Shown: positions 28,846 to 39,111, counted from the first letter of the stretch. The stretch is DNA of 64,000 nt from a bacterium (GCA_965261595.1 CBDHDG010000005.1:800001-864000), one strand, 5' to 3'. Notes: generated from the sequence alone by a model not told the origin. Made by a program: numbers and translations.

Positions 28846-30147
28846 ATGGATCTTCTCATCCGGAATGCGCGTCTTCGAGACCGGACGGGTCTCGTTTGCG
28901 TCGGAATCCGAGACGGACGGATTGACCGGATTGCCCCGGACCTGCCGCCGGCCGGCCGGCGGGTCATCGACGCCGCCGGGTCGTTGACGACCCCCGCCTT
29001 TGTCGAACCCCACACCCATCTGGACAAGGCCCTCATCAGCGACCGGATGCCGCCCAACGTGAGCATGTCCTCGGAGGAGGCCCGAACAAACCTTCGGGAG
29101 GAGAAGCGCCGTTTCACCCTGGCGGACGTCGAGGAACGGGCGGGCCGGGTGCTCGGCTGGGCGCTCGGGGCTGGGGTGACGGGGATGCGGACCCACGTGG
29201 ACGTGGACACGGCCGCCGGCCTCACGGGGCTGGAGGGCGTCCTGGCGCTCAAGGAGAAGATGGCCGAATACGTGGACCTTCAGCTCGTCGCCATGCCCCA
29301 GCACGGCATTGACGCCGATCCCGGTACGGGGGAGCTGCTGGAGGAGGCCCTGCGGATGGGGGCGGATGTGATCGGCGGTTTCCCGGAAGAGGAGTTTCAT
29401 GAGGAAGCGGGCCGCCGCCACATCGATTTCATCTTCGACCTCGCCAAGCGGTTCGACCGGCCCATCGACATGCACATCGACATCCGTTACTCGCCGGAAG
29501 TCCGTTACCTTCACTACTACGCCCACAGGGCCCTCCAGGAGGGGTTCAGCGGCCGGGTCGCCGCGGGTCACGTGACCGCGCTGCCCTACTACGACCCCTA
29601 TCATGCCGCGCACGTCATCGAGGCGGTCAAGCGGGCGGAGATGAGCATCACCACCTGTCCGCCCACAACGATGATGCTGGGCGCGCGCCTGTATCCGGAG
29701 CCGAGGGGACGCGGGGTCACCCGGGTGAAGGAGTTCCTGCGGGCCGGCGTCAACATCACCTTCGCCCAAGACAACGTCCTGGATCCGTTCAACGAGAATT
29801 TCGGCGACGCCGACCCTCTGAAGAACGGTTTCCTGGCCGCCTACGCCGCCCAGCTCGGGAGCAAGGACGAGCTGGATGTTCTCTATGACATGGCGACGGA
29901 GAAGGCCGCGAAGGTCCTGGGTCTTCCGGACTACGGGATGGATCCCGGCTGCCGGGGGGACCTGGTCGTCACGCCTGTGACCTCCGCCCGGGACGCCTTC
30001 CGCCTCCAGCCCCCGAGACGGTTTGTGATTCGGCGGGGGAGCGTCATCGCCGAGTCGGAGGTGGACCGCCGCTTTGCGTGGGAGACGGCGGACGGCGCGG
30101 CCGATTTCTTCGGGGCGGTCGGGGCGTCCGCGGGGAGGGCCGTATGA
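28846..30147 (+). CDS. Cytosine deaminase (CodA)-family amidohydrolase
   Basis: VEPHTHLDK, RTHVDV, VAMPQHG, DMHID, AGHV and AQDNVLDPF. Confidence 0.85.
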   Translation: MDLLIRNARLRDRTGLVCVGIRDGRIDRIAPDLPPAGRRVIDAAGSLTTPAFVEPHTHLDKALISDRMPPNVSMSSEEARTNLREEKRRFTLADVEERAGRVLGWALGAGVTGMRTHVDVDTAAGLTGLEGVLALKEKMAEYVDLQLVAMPQHGIDADPGTGELLEEALRMGADVIGGFPEEEFHEEAGRRHIDFIFDLAKRFDRPIDMHIDIRYSPEVRYLHYYAHRALQEGFSGRVAAGHVTALPYYDPYHAAHVIEAVKRAEMSITTCPPTTMMLGARLYPEPRGRGVTRVKEFLRAGVNITFAQDNVLDPFNENFGDADPLKNGFLAAYAAQLGSKDELDVLYDMATEKAAKVLGLPDYGMDPGCRGDLVVTPVTSARDAFRLQPPRRFVIRRGSVIAESEVDRRFAWETADGAADFFGAVGASAGRAV

Positions 30148-31514
30148 TGGGGGGGGAGGGCAGAGATGAGATCCGGCGACGCGAGGAGAAAACTTTCTCG
30201 GAGCGGAACCCGGGCTCCAAATCCCTTTACGATCGGGCACGCGCGGCGCTGCCGGGAGGCAACACGCGCACGCTTACGTACTATGCGCCTTTCCCGCTGT
30301 ACATGGCGCGGGGAGAAGGTCCCAGACTCTGGGACGTGGACGGCAACGTCCGGATCGACCTGTTCAACAACGCGACATCTCTCGCGCACGGCCATGCGCA
30401 CCCGGACGTGGTCCGGGCGGTTCAGGAGGCCGCGGCGCTGGGGACGGCCTTCGCTTCGGCTACGGAGTGGGAAATCCGCTTGGCGGAAATGCTCATCGAG
30501 CGGCTTCCGTCGGCCGAGCGCGTTCGCTTCTGCAACAGCGGGACCGAGGCCAATATTTGCGCGGTACGGGCCATGCGGGCGTTCACCGGCAGGTCCAAGA
30601 TTGCCAAGTTTGAAGGGGGCTACCACGGCTCCTTCGATGATGTCACCATCAGCATCCACCCATCGGCGGAAGCGGCCGGGGACAGAAGGTTTCCCGATCC
30701 GGTTCCCGATTCCGAGGGCATTCCGCCCGAGGTGGTGGGGAACGTCGTGATCCTTCCCTTCAACGACATCGAAGCGATCGCCGAGCGTCTGAGGCCCCTG
30801 CGGGACGAGGTGGCGGGAATCCTCGTCGAGCCCCTGATGGGCGGAGCGGGCATGATCCCGCCGAAGCCGGGTTTTCTCCAGGACCTCCGGGACCTGACCC
30901 ATGAGCTGAAAATGGTCCTGATGTTCGACGAGGTGATGATGTTCCGGCTCTCCAGGTCCGGCGCGCAGGGCCTGTTCGGCGTGACGCCCGACCTGACCAG
31001 CCTGGGGAAGATCATCGGGGGAGGGCTGCCCGTCGGGGCGTTGTGCGGGCGTGAGGACATCATGGCCCTCTTCGACCCCTCTGAGGAGGGAGGGGGGGGG
31101 GTGCGGGTTCCTCACGCCGGGACGTTCAACGCCAACCCGGTGACCATGGCGGCCGGCGTGGCGACGCTGGAAAACCTGGATGACGCGGCCTTCGAGCAAA
31201 TGGCCTTCGACGGGGATTATCTGCGCCGGAACCTGATGGAGCTCATCCAATCCACCGGGGCGGCCGTGCAGGTGACGGGGGAGGCGTCCGTATTCAAGAT
31301 TCATTTTACGATGGAAGATCTCGTTGATTCCCGCTCGGCCCACACCAGCGACCGGGGGCTGGAGCGCCTTCTGTTTCTTTATGGGCTGAACCGGGGCGTG
31401 TTCACCAATACGCTTTCCCGGGGCTGCCTTTCGACGGTGACGCGCCAATCGGAGATCGACCCCTTCCTCGAAGTGGTGGAGGGGTTCTTGCGGGAGATCG
31501 CCAATTCAGCCTGA
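30144..31514 (+). CDS. Class III PLP aminotransferase (GSA-aminomutase-like), copy 1
   Basis: NSGTEA, GGYHG, FDEVM, LGKIIGGGLP and GTFNANP; ATGA overlap with the deaminase. Confidence 0.9.
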   Translation: MMGGEGRDEIRRREEKTFSERNPGSKSLYDRARAALPGGNTRTLTYYAPFPLYMARGEGPRLWDVDGNVRIDLFNNATSLAHGHAHPDVVRAVQEAAALGTAFASATEWEIRLAEMLIERLPSAERVRFCNSGTEANICAVRAMRAFTGRSKIAKFEGGYHGSFDDVTISIHPSAEAAGDRRFPDPVPDSEGIPPEVVGNVVILPFNDIEAIAERLRPLRDEVAGILVEPLMGGAGMIPPKPGFLQDLRDLTHELKMVLMFDEVMMFRLSRSGAQGLFGVTPDLTSLGKIIGGGLPVGALCGREDIMALFDPSEEGGGGVRVPHAGTFNANPVTMAAGVATLENLDDAAFEQMAFDGDYLRRNLMELIQSTGAAVQVTGEASVFKIHFTMEDLVDSRSAHTSDRGLERLLFLYGLNRGVFTNTLSRGCLSTVTRQSEIDPFLEVVEGFLREIANSA

Positions 31515-31546
31515 GATTCAGGCGGGAATGAAGGGAGACTCAAGGC

Positions 31547-32809
31547 ATGGCCAGAAGCGCCCCCAGGACGAAAGTCATCCGGAACGCGCGCCTCCTCGAC
31601 GGGACCGGCGCGCCTCCCATCGACCGGGCGACGGTCGTCATCCGTGATGACACCATCCGGGCGGCGGGCCCGGCCCGGGAGGTGGACGCTCCCAAAACGG
31701 CTGAGGTCATCGACGCCCGGGGCAAGACGCTGATGCCCGGGTTGATCGACGCGCACCTCCATCTTTTCGGCATCCGGAATTACGAGTTTTTCGCCTGGTC
31801 CATGGAGTCCCCCGGGATGCACGCCATCCGGAGCGTCGATGAGGTGCGGCGCCTCCTGGAGGCCGGCTTCACGACGGTCTCCGATCTGGGGAGCGACAAT
31901 GCCCTGTTGATCAAGCAGGCCGTCGAGGAAGGAAGCATCGTCGGGCCCCGGGTGCGCGCTGTCGGGCGGTTCATGTGTCAGACGGGCGGCATCCCCGACC
32001 TGTTTTTCCTCCCCATCGAAACGATGGAGGGACGGCGGGGGCGCGGCTTCTGCCGGCTGGTGGACGGTGTGGGGGAATGCCTGAAGGCCTCGCGCGAGCA
32101 GCTTCGGGACGGCGCGACCGAGCTCAAAATCGGAACCACGGGCGGGATCGATCCGTCTTTCATCGTCGCGGAGTCGGCCTTCACGGTCGAAGAGATTCAG
32201 GCTGTCGCCTCGGTCGCCCACAACGTCGGGAAGATGCTCCGGGCGCACAACAACGTTTTGAAGGGCGAGCCGCTGACCGGCATCCGCAAGGCCATCGAGG
32301 GCGGGGTCGACGCCATCGAGCATGGTTACTGGATAGACGACCCGACGCTGGAGCTCATGGCGGAAAATGACGTGACCTGGGTCGTCACCACGGGTTATCT
32401 CCAGCGGGTGGTCGATTGCGGAACGGAACTCGACCTGCATCCGGTCTATGTAGAGAAGTGCGGGAGGGCCCTCGAGTCCATCGCCGACACCCTCCCCCGG
32501 GCCAAGAAGATGGGGGTCAAGCGCGCCGCCGGGAGCGATTTTCTGGGGACCCCGGCGGACCCGCACGGCGAGGAGGCGTTCGAGCTGGAGATGCAGGTGC
32601 GCTGCGGTCTGACCGAGATGGAGGCCATCGTCGCGGCGACGAAGCTCAACGCCGAGTTCTTTGGCCTGAACACCGGAACGGTGGAAAAGGGAAAGCTGGC
32701 CGATTTGATCTTGGTGGACGGCGATCCCTTGAAGGACATCAAGGTTTTCCAGGACGTAAACAACGTCAAAATGGTCATGCTGGAGGGGCAAGTCAAGGTC
32801 CGGCGCTGA
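31547..32809 (+). CDS. Amidohydrolase family protein (prolidase-like)
   Basis: PGLIDAHLH, KIGTTGG, RAH, IEHG, GSD and GKLADLILVDGDP. Confidence 0.9.
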   Translation: MARSAPRTKVIRNARLLDGTGAPPIDRATVVIRDDTIRAAGPAREVDAPKTAEVIDARGKTLMPGLIDAHLHLFGIRNYEFFAWSMESPGMHAIRSVDEVRRLLEAGFTTVSDLGSDNALLIKQAVEEGSIVGPRVRAVGRFMCQTGGIPDLFFLPIETMEGRRGRGFCRLVDGVGECLKASREQLRDGATELKIGTTGGIDPSFIVAESAFTVEEIQAVASVAHNVGKMLRAHNNVLKGEPLTGIRKAIEGGVDAIEHGYWIDDPTLELMAENDVTWVVTTGYLQRVVDCGTELDLHPVYVEKCGRALESIADTLPRAKKMGVKRAAGSDFLGTPADPHGEEAFELEMQVRCGLTEMEAIVAATKLNAEFFGLNTGTVEKGKLADLILVDGDPLKDIKVFQDVNNVKMVMLEGQVKVRR

Positions 32810-32877
32810 GCCGGCCCCTTGAATTGCGGTGAGTCCGAAACAGCCCTCGGCATCGAGTGTCAGGGAGGAGGCGGTCC

Positions 32878-33723
32878 ATGAAGTTGGCCCTTTGCCAGTT
32901 CATCGGCAATCATGAGAAAGAGCCGAACATACAGAACGTATTGAAATACGCGAAAGAGGCGGGCGAGAGCGGCGCGAACCTCCTCTGTTTTCACGAAATC
33001 TGCACGACCTCGTACTTTTGCTACGAAGAGAACTACGACCACTGCGCCCTCGCGGAGCCCGTCCCCGGACCGGCGACGGACCGGGTCGCCGAAGTCGCCA
33101 AAGAGTACGGGATGGTCATCGTCCTCCCGATCTATGAAAAGGTCATGAAGGGAGAGCTCTACAACTCGGCCGTGGTCATCATGCCGGACGGGAAAGTCCA
33201 GGGGGTGTACCGGAAGACCAACATCCCCATGGCTAAACGCCCCGAAAACCCCTTCGGCAACGAGAAACTCTACTTCAAGCCCGGCAACCTGGGCTATCCG
33301 GTGTTCGACACCCCCTGGGGCATCCGTTTCGGCGTGGTGATCTGCAATGACCGACACTTCCCGGAGGGTCCCCGGATAATCGGAATCAGCGGCGCGGATC
33401 TCCTCCTCGTCCCCACCGCCTCCTTTGGGAAACACTACCGGCCGCTGTGGGAGATCGAGCTTCGGGCTTACGCCTACCAGAACGTGTACTACGTCGGCGG
33501 GCTCAACAAGGTGGGGGTCGATCGGGGGGTGAACAACCAGAACCACTACTTTGGAAGCTCGATGATCGTCAACCCCCGCGCGGATGTTCTCGCCTGTGCC
33601 GGGGACCAGGAAGACGAAATCGTATACGGGGATATCGACCCGGGCATGATTGAAGAGCTGCGCAACGTGTACGGCTTCTACCGGGACCGCCGCCCCGAGT
33701 TCTATGGCGAGCTCGCGCGTTAG
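32878..33723 (+). CDS. Nitrilase-family C-N hydrolase (beta-ureidopropionase-like), copy 1
   Basis: E-K-C triad: FHEIC, YRKTNIP and ICNDRHFPE; C-terminal RDRRPE. Confidence 0.9.
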   Translation: MKLALCQFIGNHEKEPNIQNVLKYAKEAGESGANLLCFHEICTTSYFCYEENYDHCALAEPVPGPATDRVAEVAKEYGMVIVLPIYEKVMKGELYNSAVVIMPDGKVQGVYRKTNIPMAKRPENPFGNEKLYFKPGNLGYPVFDTPWGIRFGVVICNDRHFPEGPRIIGISGADLLLVPTASFGKHYRPLWEIELRAYAYQNVYYVGGLNKVGVDRGVNNQNHYFGSSMIVNPRADVLACAGDQEDEIVYGDIDPGMIEELRNVYGFYRDRRPEFYGELAR

Positions 33724-33943
33724 CGCTGAATCCGCGCGCGCTTTGAGCGCCCCTTGTCGGAATGACAACCGCGGCTTCGTGTCCCGCCTTCGCGTCATTT
33801 ATGGCAGGCGTCAAGCCGCCCCCCCGAGCCGTGTGTGGGTGCGAGCCAAGCGCTCCACGTCCGCTGAACCGCATCCGACAGCGAATTAAGAAGGTTTCGG
33901 AAATTTTCCCATGACCTGACAACATCCACCGGAGGAACACCGC

Positions 33944-34381
33944 ATGAGCGAATCCGCCGCCCCCCCTCCCCCCCCCCCCTCCCCCCCTTACAACCGCAAA
34001 GCCCTGGCGCGGGGGGCGAAGAACTACGGCGAGGAATATACGAAGCGTCTTCTCGACCGGCTGAATGCGATCGACCCTGAATTTTCCCAGCTTTTTCAGG
34101 CATTCGTGTATGGGGGCTTGTACGACCGGGACGTCATCGACCACAAGACGCGGGAGCTCTGCGCCGTCGCCGGTCTGGTGGTCGGGGGGTACTTCCCGCA
34201 GCTTCGCGCCCACTTCGAGGCCTGCCGCAGGTACGGAGCCAAGGATGAGGAAATTCGGGAGGTCATCCTCCAGATGTCGGTCTACGCGAGCATGCCGGCC
34301 GCGCTGACCGCGCTCAATGAGTTCGAGAGCTATCGCGCCGCCGAGAACCCGGCGCTCGGATTCGGCGATCCGGGAAATTGA
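33944..34381 (+). CDS. Carboxymuconolactone decarboxylase (CMD) family protein
   Basis: TRELCAVA..QLRAH..EEIREVILQMSVYASMP; GGAGG RBS. Confidence 0.85.
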   Translation: MSESAAPPPPPPSPPYNRKALARGAKNYGEEYTKRLLDRLNAIDPEFSQLFQAFVYGGLYDRDVIDHKTRELCAVAGLVVGGYFPQLRAHFEACRRYGAKDEEIREVILQMSVYASMPAALTALNEFESYRAAENPALGFGDPGN

Positions 34382-34533
34382 AAGGCGGATCGCGGAATGT
34401 ACGGGCGACCCGCGCCATGGCCGCTTGCGTGCGGCCCTTTTCTCATGTCAAATCCATGTGTTGGACATTTCCGGATTTCTTGCCGCAGGGTGCGCTCCAT
34501 GAATGATTTCGCCGTCTATGAGGGCGCGTTAGA

Positions 34534-35892
34534 ATGATGCAACCGATGGGCGCGCTGGATCGACTGTCTCTGGACGCGTTGTTGCGCGCGTATGAGAAGG
34601 CCACGCCCAAGTCCAGGGCGATGGCGCAAAAGGCGCGCGCCTCTATGCCCGGCGGGAACACCCGGGCGACGGTCTTCTACGACCCCTATCCTGTCTTTAT
34701 GAAACGCGGCGAAGGCTGCCGGTTGACGGACGTGGACGGCTGCGTCCGCCTCGATTTCAACAACAACTACACGACCCTGCTCCTCGGCCACAATCCGCCC
34801 GCTGTCGCCGAGGCCATCCGGGCGCAATTGGAGAATGGAACGGCCGCCGGCGCCCCCATGGAGATTGAGGAGGCGCTGGCCTCGCGGATTTGCGCGCGGT
34901 TTTCCTCGGTGGACAAGGTCCGGTTTTGCTCCACGGGGACCGAGGCCAATATGAACTGCATCCGCGCGGCGAGGGCCTTTACGGGGAAATCCAAGGTGGG
35001 CAAGTTCCTGGGACACTTCCACGGCTCCAGCGAGCACATGGAGGTCTCGATCTTTCCCGCCGCCGAGGAAATGGGCGACCCTTCCCGGCCGAACAGTGTT
35101 CCCTCCTCGCCGGGAATCCCCGAAGGCGTGGTCCGCGATGTCGTGACGCTTCCGTTCAATGATCCGGACGGGGTGGAGGCAATCGTTCGCGCTCACCGGG
35201 ACGAGATGGCGGCGGTCATCGTCGAGCCCATCGCGGGCGGCGGCGCCATCGAGCCGCACGACGGTTTTCACCGGGACCTCCGGCGCATCTGCACGGAGAA
35301 CGATGTCCTCCTCATCTTCGATGAGGTCATGATGTCACGCCTGGCGCACGGCGGGGCGCAGGCGTTCTTCGGGGTCGGGGCGGACCTCACCGCCCTGGGC
35401 AAGGCGATCGGCGGCGGCCTGCCCATCGGGGCCTTCGGCGGACGGGACGACGTGATGGCGCTCTTCGATCCTTCCGGCGGCGGCCCCGCGGTCCGGCACT
35501 CCGGGACGCACAGCGGCAGTCCCCTGCCCCTGGCGGCCGGCGTGGCGTGCCTGGACGCGATGACCCCGGACTTGTATCCCCGGCTGAACGCCCTCGGCTA
35601 CAGGCTCCGAGCGGGTCTGCGGGAGGTGTTCGGCGAGATGGGCGTTCCGGCGCGGGTGACCGGGGCGGGCTCGGTGTTCTCCGTTCACTTCACCGAAGGG
35701 GAAGTTTGGGACTATCCCGGCTACCTGCGGGGAGACAAGACGGCCCTGAAGAAGATGTTCATGGCGTGGCTTCTTAACGGGGTCTTTATGACGTCCCGAG
35801 GGCTGGGCTGCCTCTCCGCGCCCATGCGGGAAGCCGATATCGATGAATTCCTGGGAGCGACCCGCGACATCCTGGCCCGAGGGGTTTCATAG
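34534..35892 (+). CDS. Class III PLP aminotransferase (GSA-aminomutase-like), copy 2
   Basis: STGTEA, GHFHG, FDEVM, LGKAIGGGLP and SGTHSG. Confidence 0.9.
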   Translation: MMQPMGALDRLSLDALLRAYEKATPKSRAMAQKARASMPGGNTRATVFYDPYPVFMKRGEGCRLTDVDGCVRLDFNNNYTTLLLGHNPPAVAEAIRAQLENGTAAGAPMEIEEALASRICARFSSVDKVRFCSTGTEANMNCIRAARAFTGKSKVGKFLGHFHGSSEHMEVSIFPAAEEMGDPSRPNSVPSSPGIPEGVVRDVVTLPFNDPDGVEAIVRAHRDEMAAVIVEPIAGGGAIEPHDGFHRDLRRICTENDVLLIFDEVMMSRLAHGGAQAFFGVGADLTALGKAIGGGLPIGAFGGRDDVMALFDPSGGGPAVRHSGTHSGSPLPLAAGVACLDAMTPDLYPRLNALGYRLRAGLREVFGEMGVPARVTGAGSVFSVHFTEGEVWDYPGYLRGDKTALKKMFMAWLLNGVFMTSRGLGCLSAPMREADIDEFLGATRDILARGVS

Positions 35893-35985
35893 GGCCGGAG
35901 CGGAAAGGGTGTTGGGATTTCGACCGGCGGCCCGCGGAGAGCGGCCGGTTTCACCGTCGAAGGAAAGAGGAAGGAGTCTCTCGAG

Positions 35986-36816
35986 ATGGTGAAGGTGGGT
36001 TTGATTCAAATGTCCTGTGTGGACGAAAATCGCTCGGAGCCCAACCTGGAGAAGGCGTTTCGGATGATCGACGAGGCCGCCGGGAAGGGCGCCAACATCG
36101 TGGCCTTGCAGGAGTTGTTCAACACCCCGTATTTTCCCAACCGCCCGCGGGACAGCCGGAAGTATTTCGAGATGGCGGAGACCATCCCCGGGCCGACCAT
36201 CGAACGGGTGGCCGACAAGGCCAGAGAACACAAGATGGTCATCATGGCGCCCATCTACGAGCGGGAGATGGCCGGGGTGTATTACAACTCGGCCGCCGTC
36301 ATCGGCCCCGACGGCGAGCTCATCGGCGTATACCGGAAGATGCATATCCCCCACAGCGAGGATTTCATCGAAAAGTATTACTTTAAACCGGGCAACCTGG
36401 GATTTCCTGTGTTTGACACCCCCTTCGGGAAGATCGGCATTCTGATTTGCTACGACCGTCACTTCCCGGAAGGCGCGCGCGCCCTGGGTCTTGCGGGGGC
36501 GGAGATCCTCCTGATCCCGGTGGCCAGCCCGCGGCCCACGGCAAGCGAGGTCTTCGTCAAGGAGTTGATGGGGATGGCCATCGCGAACCAGTATTTCTTG
36601 GCGGCGGTCAACCGCGTAGGGGTCGAGCTGAAAGAGGAGTTTTACGGGACGAGCCTGGTGTGCGACCCCCGGGGAAATATTATCGCCCAAGCCGGCAGTC
36701 AGGAAGACGAGGTGCTCGTCACCGAGATCGACCTCGCCCAGGTGGAGACGACCCGGAACAACTGGTTGTTCTATCGGGATCGCAGGCCGGACGCTTACGA
36801 TGCCTTGCTGTACTGA
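35986..36816 (+). CDS. Nitrilase-family beta-ureidopropionase / N-carbamoyl amidohydrolase, copy 2
   Basis: LQELFNTPYF, YRKMHIP, EKYYFKPGNLG and ICYDRHFPE. Confidence 0.9.
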   Translation: MVKVGLIQMSCVDENRSEPNLEKAFRMIDEAAGKGANIVALQELFNTPYFPNRPRDSRKYFEMAETIPGPTIERVADKAREHKMVIMAPIYEREMAGVYYNSAAVIGPDGELIGVYRKMHIPHSEDFIEKYYFKPGNLGFPVFDTPFGKIGILICYDRHFPEGARALGLAGAEILLIPVASPRPTASEVFVKELMGMAIANQYFLAAVNRVGVELKEEFYGTSLVCDPRGNIIAQAGSQEDEVLVTEIDLAQVETTRNNWLFYRDRRPDAYDALLY

Positions 36817-36909
36817 GCCGAACCTCTCTGTCCTTGATCAGAGAACACATTCGATGCACCCGACCCCGCGCGCGGCCCGTCCGCCCGAGGGTGTGAAACC
36901 GCTTCCCTT

Positions 36910-38343
36910 ATGGACCTTCTGCTGAAAAACGGGACCGTCGTGACGCCCGATGGGGTGGTGCGGGCCGATCTGGGGACCGGGGGAGAGCGGATCGTTTACC
37001 TCGGCCGTCCGGAGGCCGGCGGGAACGTACACCCCCGTGAGACCCTGGATTGCTCGGGATGTCTTCTGTTCCCCGGCGCCATCGACGCCCACGTTCAGCT
37101 CGAGGTCTCCTTCGGCCAAGGGGAGCTCGGGGATGATTTTTACACCGGCAGCCGGGCGGCGGCCTGCGGCGGGGTGACCACCCTGATCGATTACGCCCGC
37201 CAGCAAAAGGGGGGCGGCCCGCTCGAAGCGCTTCGGGCGAGAAAAGAGGCGGCGGACGCCAAGGTCGGGATCGACTACACCCTTCATCTCACTTTGGTCG
37301 ACCCGACGCCCGAGGCCATCGCGGAGGCGCCCCGCGCCTTGGAGGAAGGGATCTGCAGCTTCAAGGTCTACATGGCGTACGGCAAGCAGGGCCGGCGGAC
37401 GGACGACGGCGCCATCCTGGACATCATGCGGGCCATCGCGGGCGCCTCGGAACCCGGAGGGGAGGGCGGGGGTCTTCTGGGAATTCACGCGGAGGTGGAC
37501 GAGCAGATTGTCCGGGCCTCGGAAGCCCTCCTTCGCGCGGGAAAGGTTCTGCCCCGGTATCACGGGGAGGCGCATCCGCCCATCTCGGAGGTGGCCGCCG
37601 TTGAATCGGTGATTCGCTACGCCCGGTTGACGGGCTGTGAGACCTACATCAAGCACGTCTCGACGGCCGAGGCCGCCCGTCTCATCGGGGAAGCCCGGAG
37701 AGGGGGGGAGGAGGGGGGGAGCGTCCGTATTTGGGGTGAAACGTGCCCACACTATCTTATTCTGGACGAATCCCGCTACCTGGGGGAGGATGCGCCCCTG
37801 TTTGTCATGAGCCCGCCCCTGCGGCGCAAGGACAACCAGGCGGGGCTCTGGGAGGCCCTCGCATCGGGGGATCTTCAGGTGGCCGCGACGGATCACGCGT
37901 CGTACAGCCGGGCGCAGAAGTTCCATGAGGTTTCGACCTTTGAAGACGTGCCGCCGGGAATCCCTGGGATCGAGACGCTCCTTCCGCTGATGTACACCTA
38001 CGGGGTTGATGAAGGTCGTTTGTCCCTTTCCCGTTTCGCTCAGGTCTTGGCCGAGGAGCCCGCGCGGATCTTCGGCCTTTACCCCCGGAAAGGGGCGCTT
38101 CAAATCGGATCGGACGCGGATATTGTGGTGTACGATCCCGGGCCGGAAGATTCGATCGACGCCTCCCGGCTCGCGACGAATTCAGACTTCACCCCCTTTG
38201 AAGGGATGCGCGTCAAGGGGAGGGTCCGGGAGACCTTTTGCCGAGGCCGCCTGGTCGCCCGCAATGGGCGCTGGGTTGGGGGTGACGAGTGGCGGGGCCG
38301 GTTTATTCCGGTCCGGCGGAACCAGGGACCGGAACACACATAA
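36910..38343 (+). CDS. Dihydropyrimidinase / hydantoinase
   Basis: GSRAAACGGVTT, SFKVYMAY, IHAE, KHVST, ETCPHYL, MSPPLR and ATDH. Confidence 0.88.
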   Translation: MDLLLKNGTVVTPDGVVRADLGTGGERIVYLGRPEAGGNVHPRETLDCSGCLLFPGAIDAHVQLEVSFGQGELGDDFYTGSRAAACGGVTTLIDYARQQKGGGPLEALRARKEAADAKVGIDYTLHLTLVDPTPEAIAEAPRALEEGICSFKVYMAYGKQGRRTDDGAILDIMRAIAGASEPGGEGGGLLGIHAEVDEQIVRASEALLRAGKVLPRYHGEAHPPISEVAAVESVIRYARLTGCETYIKHVSTAEAARLIGEARRGGEEGGSVRIWGETCPHYLILDESRYLGEDAPLFVMSPPLRRKDNQAGLWEALASGDLQVAATDHASYSRAQKFHEVSTFEDVPPGIPGIETLLPLMYTYGVDEGRLSLSRFAQVLAEEPARIFGLYPRKGALQIGSDADIVVYDPGPEDSIDASRLATNSDFTPFEGMRVKGRVRETFCRGRLVARNGRWVGGDEWRGRFIPVRRNQGPEHT

Positions 38344-38355
38344 GGCGGGGTCATC

Positions 38356-39111
38356 ATGAACAGATTAGAAGGGCGCGTAGCGCTGATTACGGGCGGCAGC
38401 CGGGGGCTCGGGCGGGGAATCGCCCTGGCCCTCTCCGGGGAAGGGGCGAAGGTCGCCTTCAACTACCTTCAGGCGGAAGATGCCGCCCGGGAGGTCGTCC
38501 GCGGGATCGAAGAGAAGGGGGGAGGGGCCGAGGCCCTCGCGCGGAAGGCCGACGTGACCGATTCCGCCGAAGTGGAGGGTCTGGTCGACGCCGCGCTCAG
38601 CCGGTTCGGGCGGATCGACATCCTGGTCAACAACGCGGGGGTCGCCGCCCCCCGGGCCTTCACCGAGATGACCATCGATGAGTGGGACGGTCTCCTGGCG
38701 GTCCACCTCAGGGGGATGTTCCTCCTCAGTCACTTCGTGGTTCCAGCCATGTTGAAGCAGGGGAAGGGGAACATCATCAACATGGTGGGGTCGTTCGGGA
38801 TTCAGCCGGAGGCCGACTGGACGCACCTCTCGACCGCCAAAGCGGGGATGATCGGGTTCACAAGGTCGCTGGCCAGGGAATTGGGCGATCGAGGGGTTCG
38901 GGTCAACGCTGTGTGTCCCGCGATGACGAGGACGGAGATGATCGATAAATTTGATCCGGACGTCCTGGAAGGGCTCAGGCAGCGTTACCCGCTGAAGCGG
39001 TTGGGAGAGGTCAAGGACGTGACGGCGACGGTCCTTTTTCTCGCCTCGGACGATTCGGATTACTTCACCGGCCAGACCCTCGCCCCGTGCGGCGGTGACG
39101 TGATGGTTTGA
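38356..39111 (+). CDS. Short-chain dehydrogenase/reductase (atypical active site)
   Basis: TGGSRGLG, NNAG, HLSTAK and FTGQTL. Confidence 0.88.
   Translation: MNRLEGRVALITGGSRGLGRGIALALSGEGAKVAFNYLQAEDAAREVVRGIEEKGGGAEALARKADVTDSAEVEGLVDAALSRFGRIDILVNNAGVAAPRAFTEMTIDEWDGLLAVHLRGMFLLSHFVVPAMLKQGKGNIINMVGSFGIQPEADWTHLSTAKAGMIGFTRSLARELGDRGVRVNAVCPAMTRTEMIDKFDPDVLEGLRQRYPLKRLGEVKDVTATVLFLASDDSDYFTGQTLAPCGGDVMV

Noticed and set aside
33957..33987. Poly-C stretch in the CMD gene as a phase-variation switch
   Set aside because: The frame is intact and encodes a Pro-rich N-terminus; interrupted C/G runs are common in this window
30144..35892. Calling the two aminotransferases hemL
   Set aside because: They are GSA-aminomutase-like but read PGGNTR rather than PGGVNSP and sit in a catabolic operon
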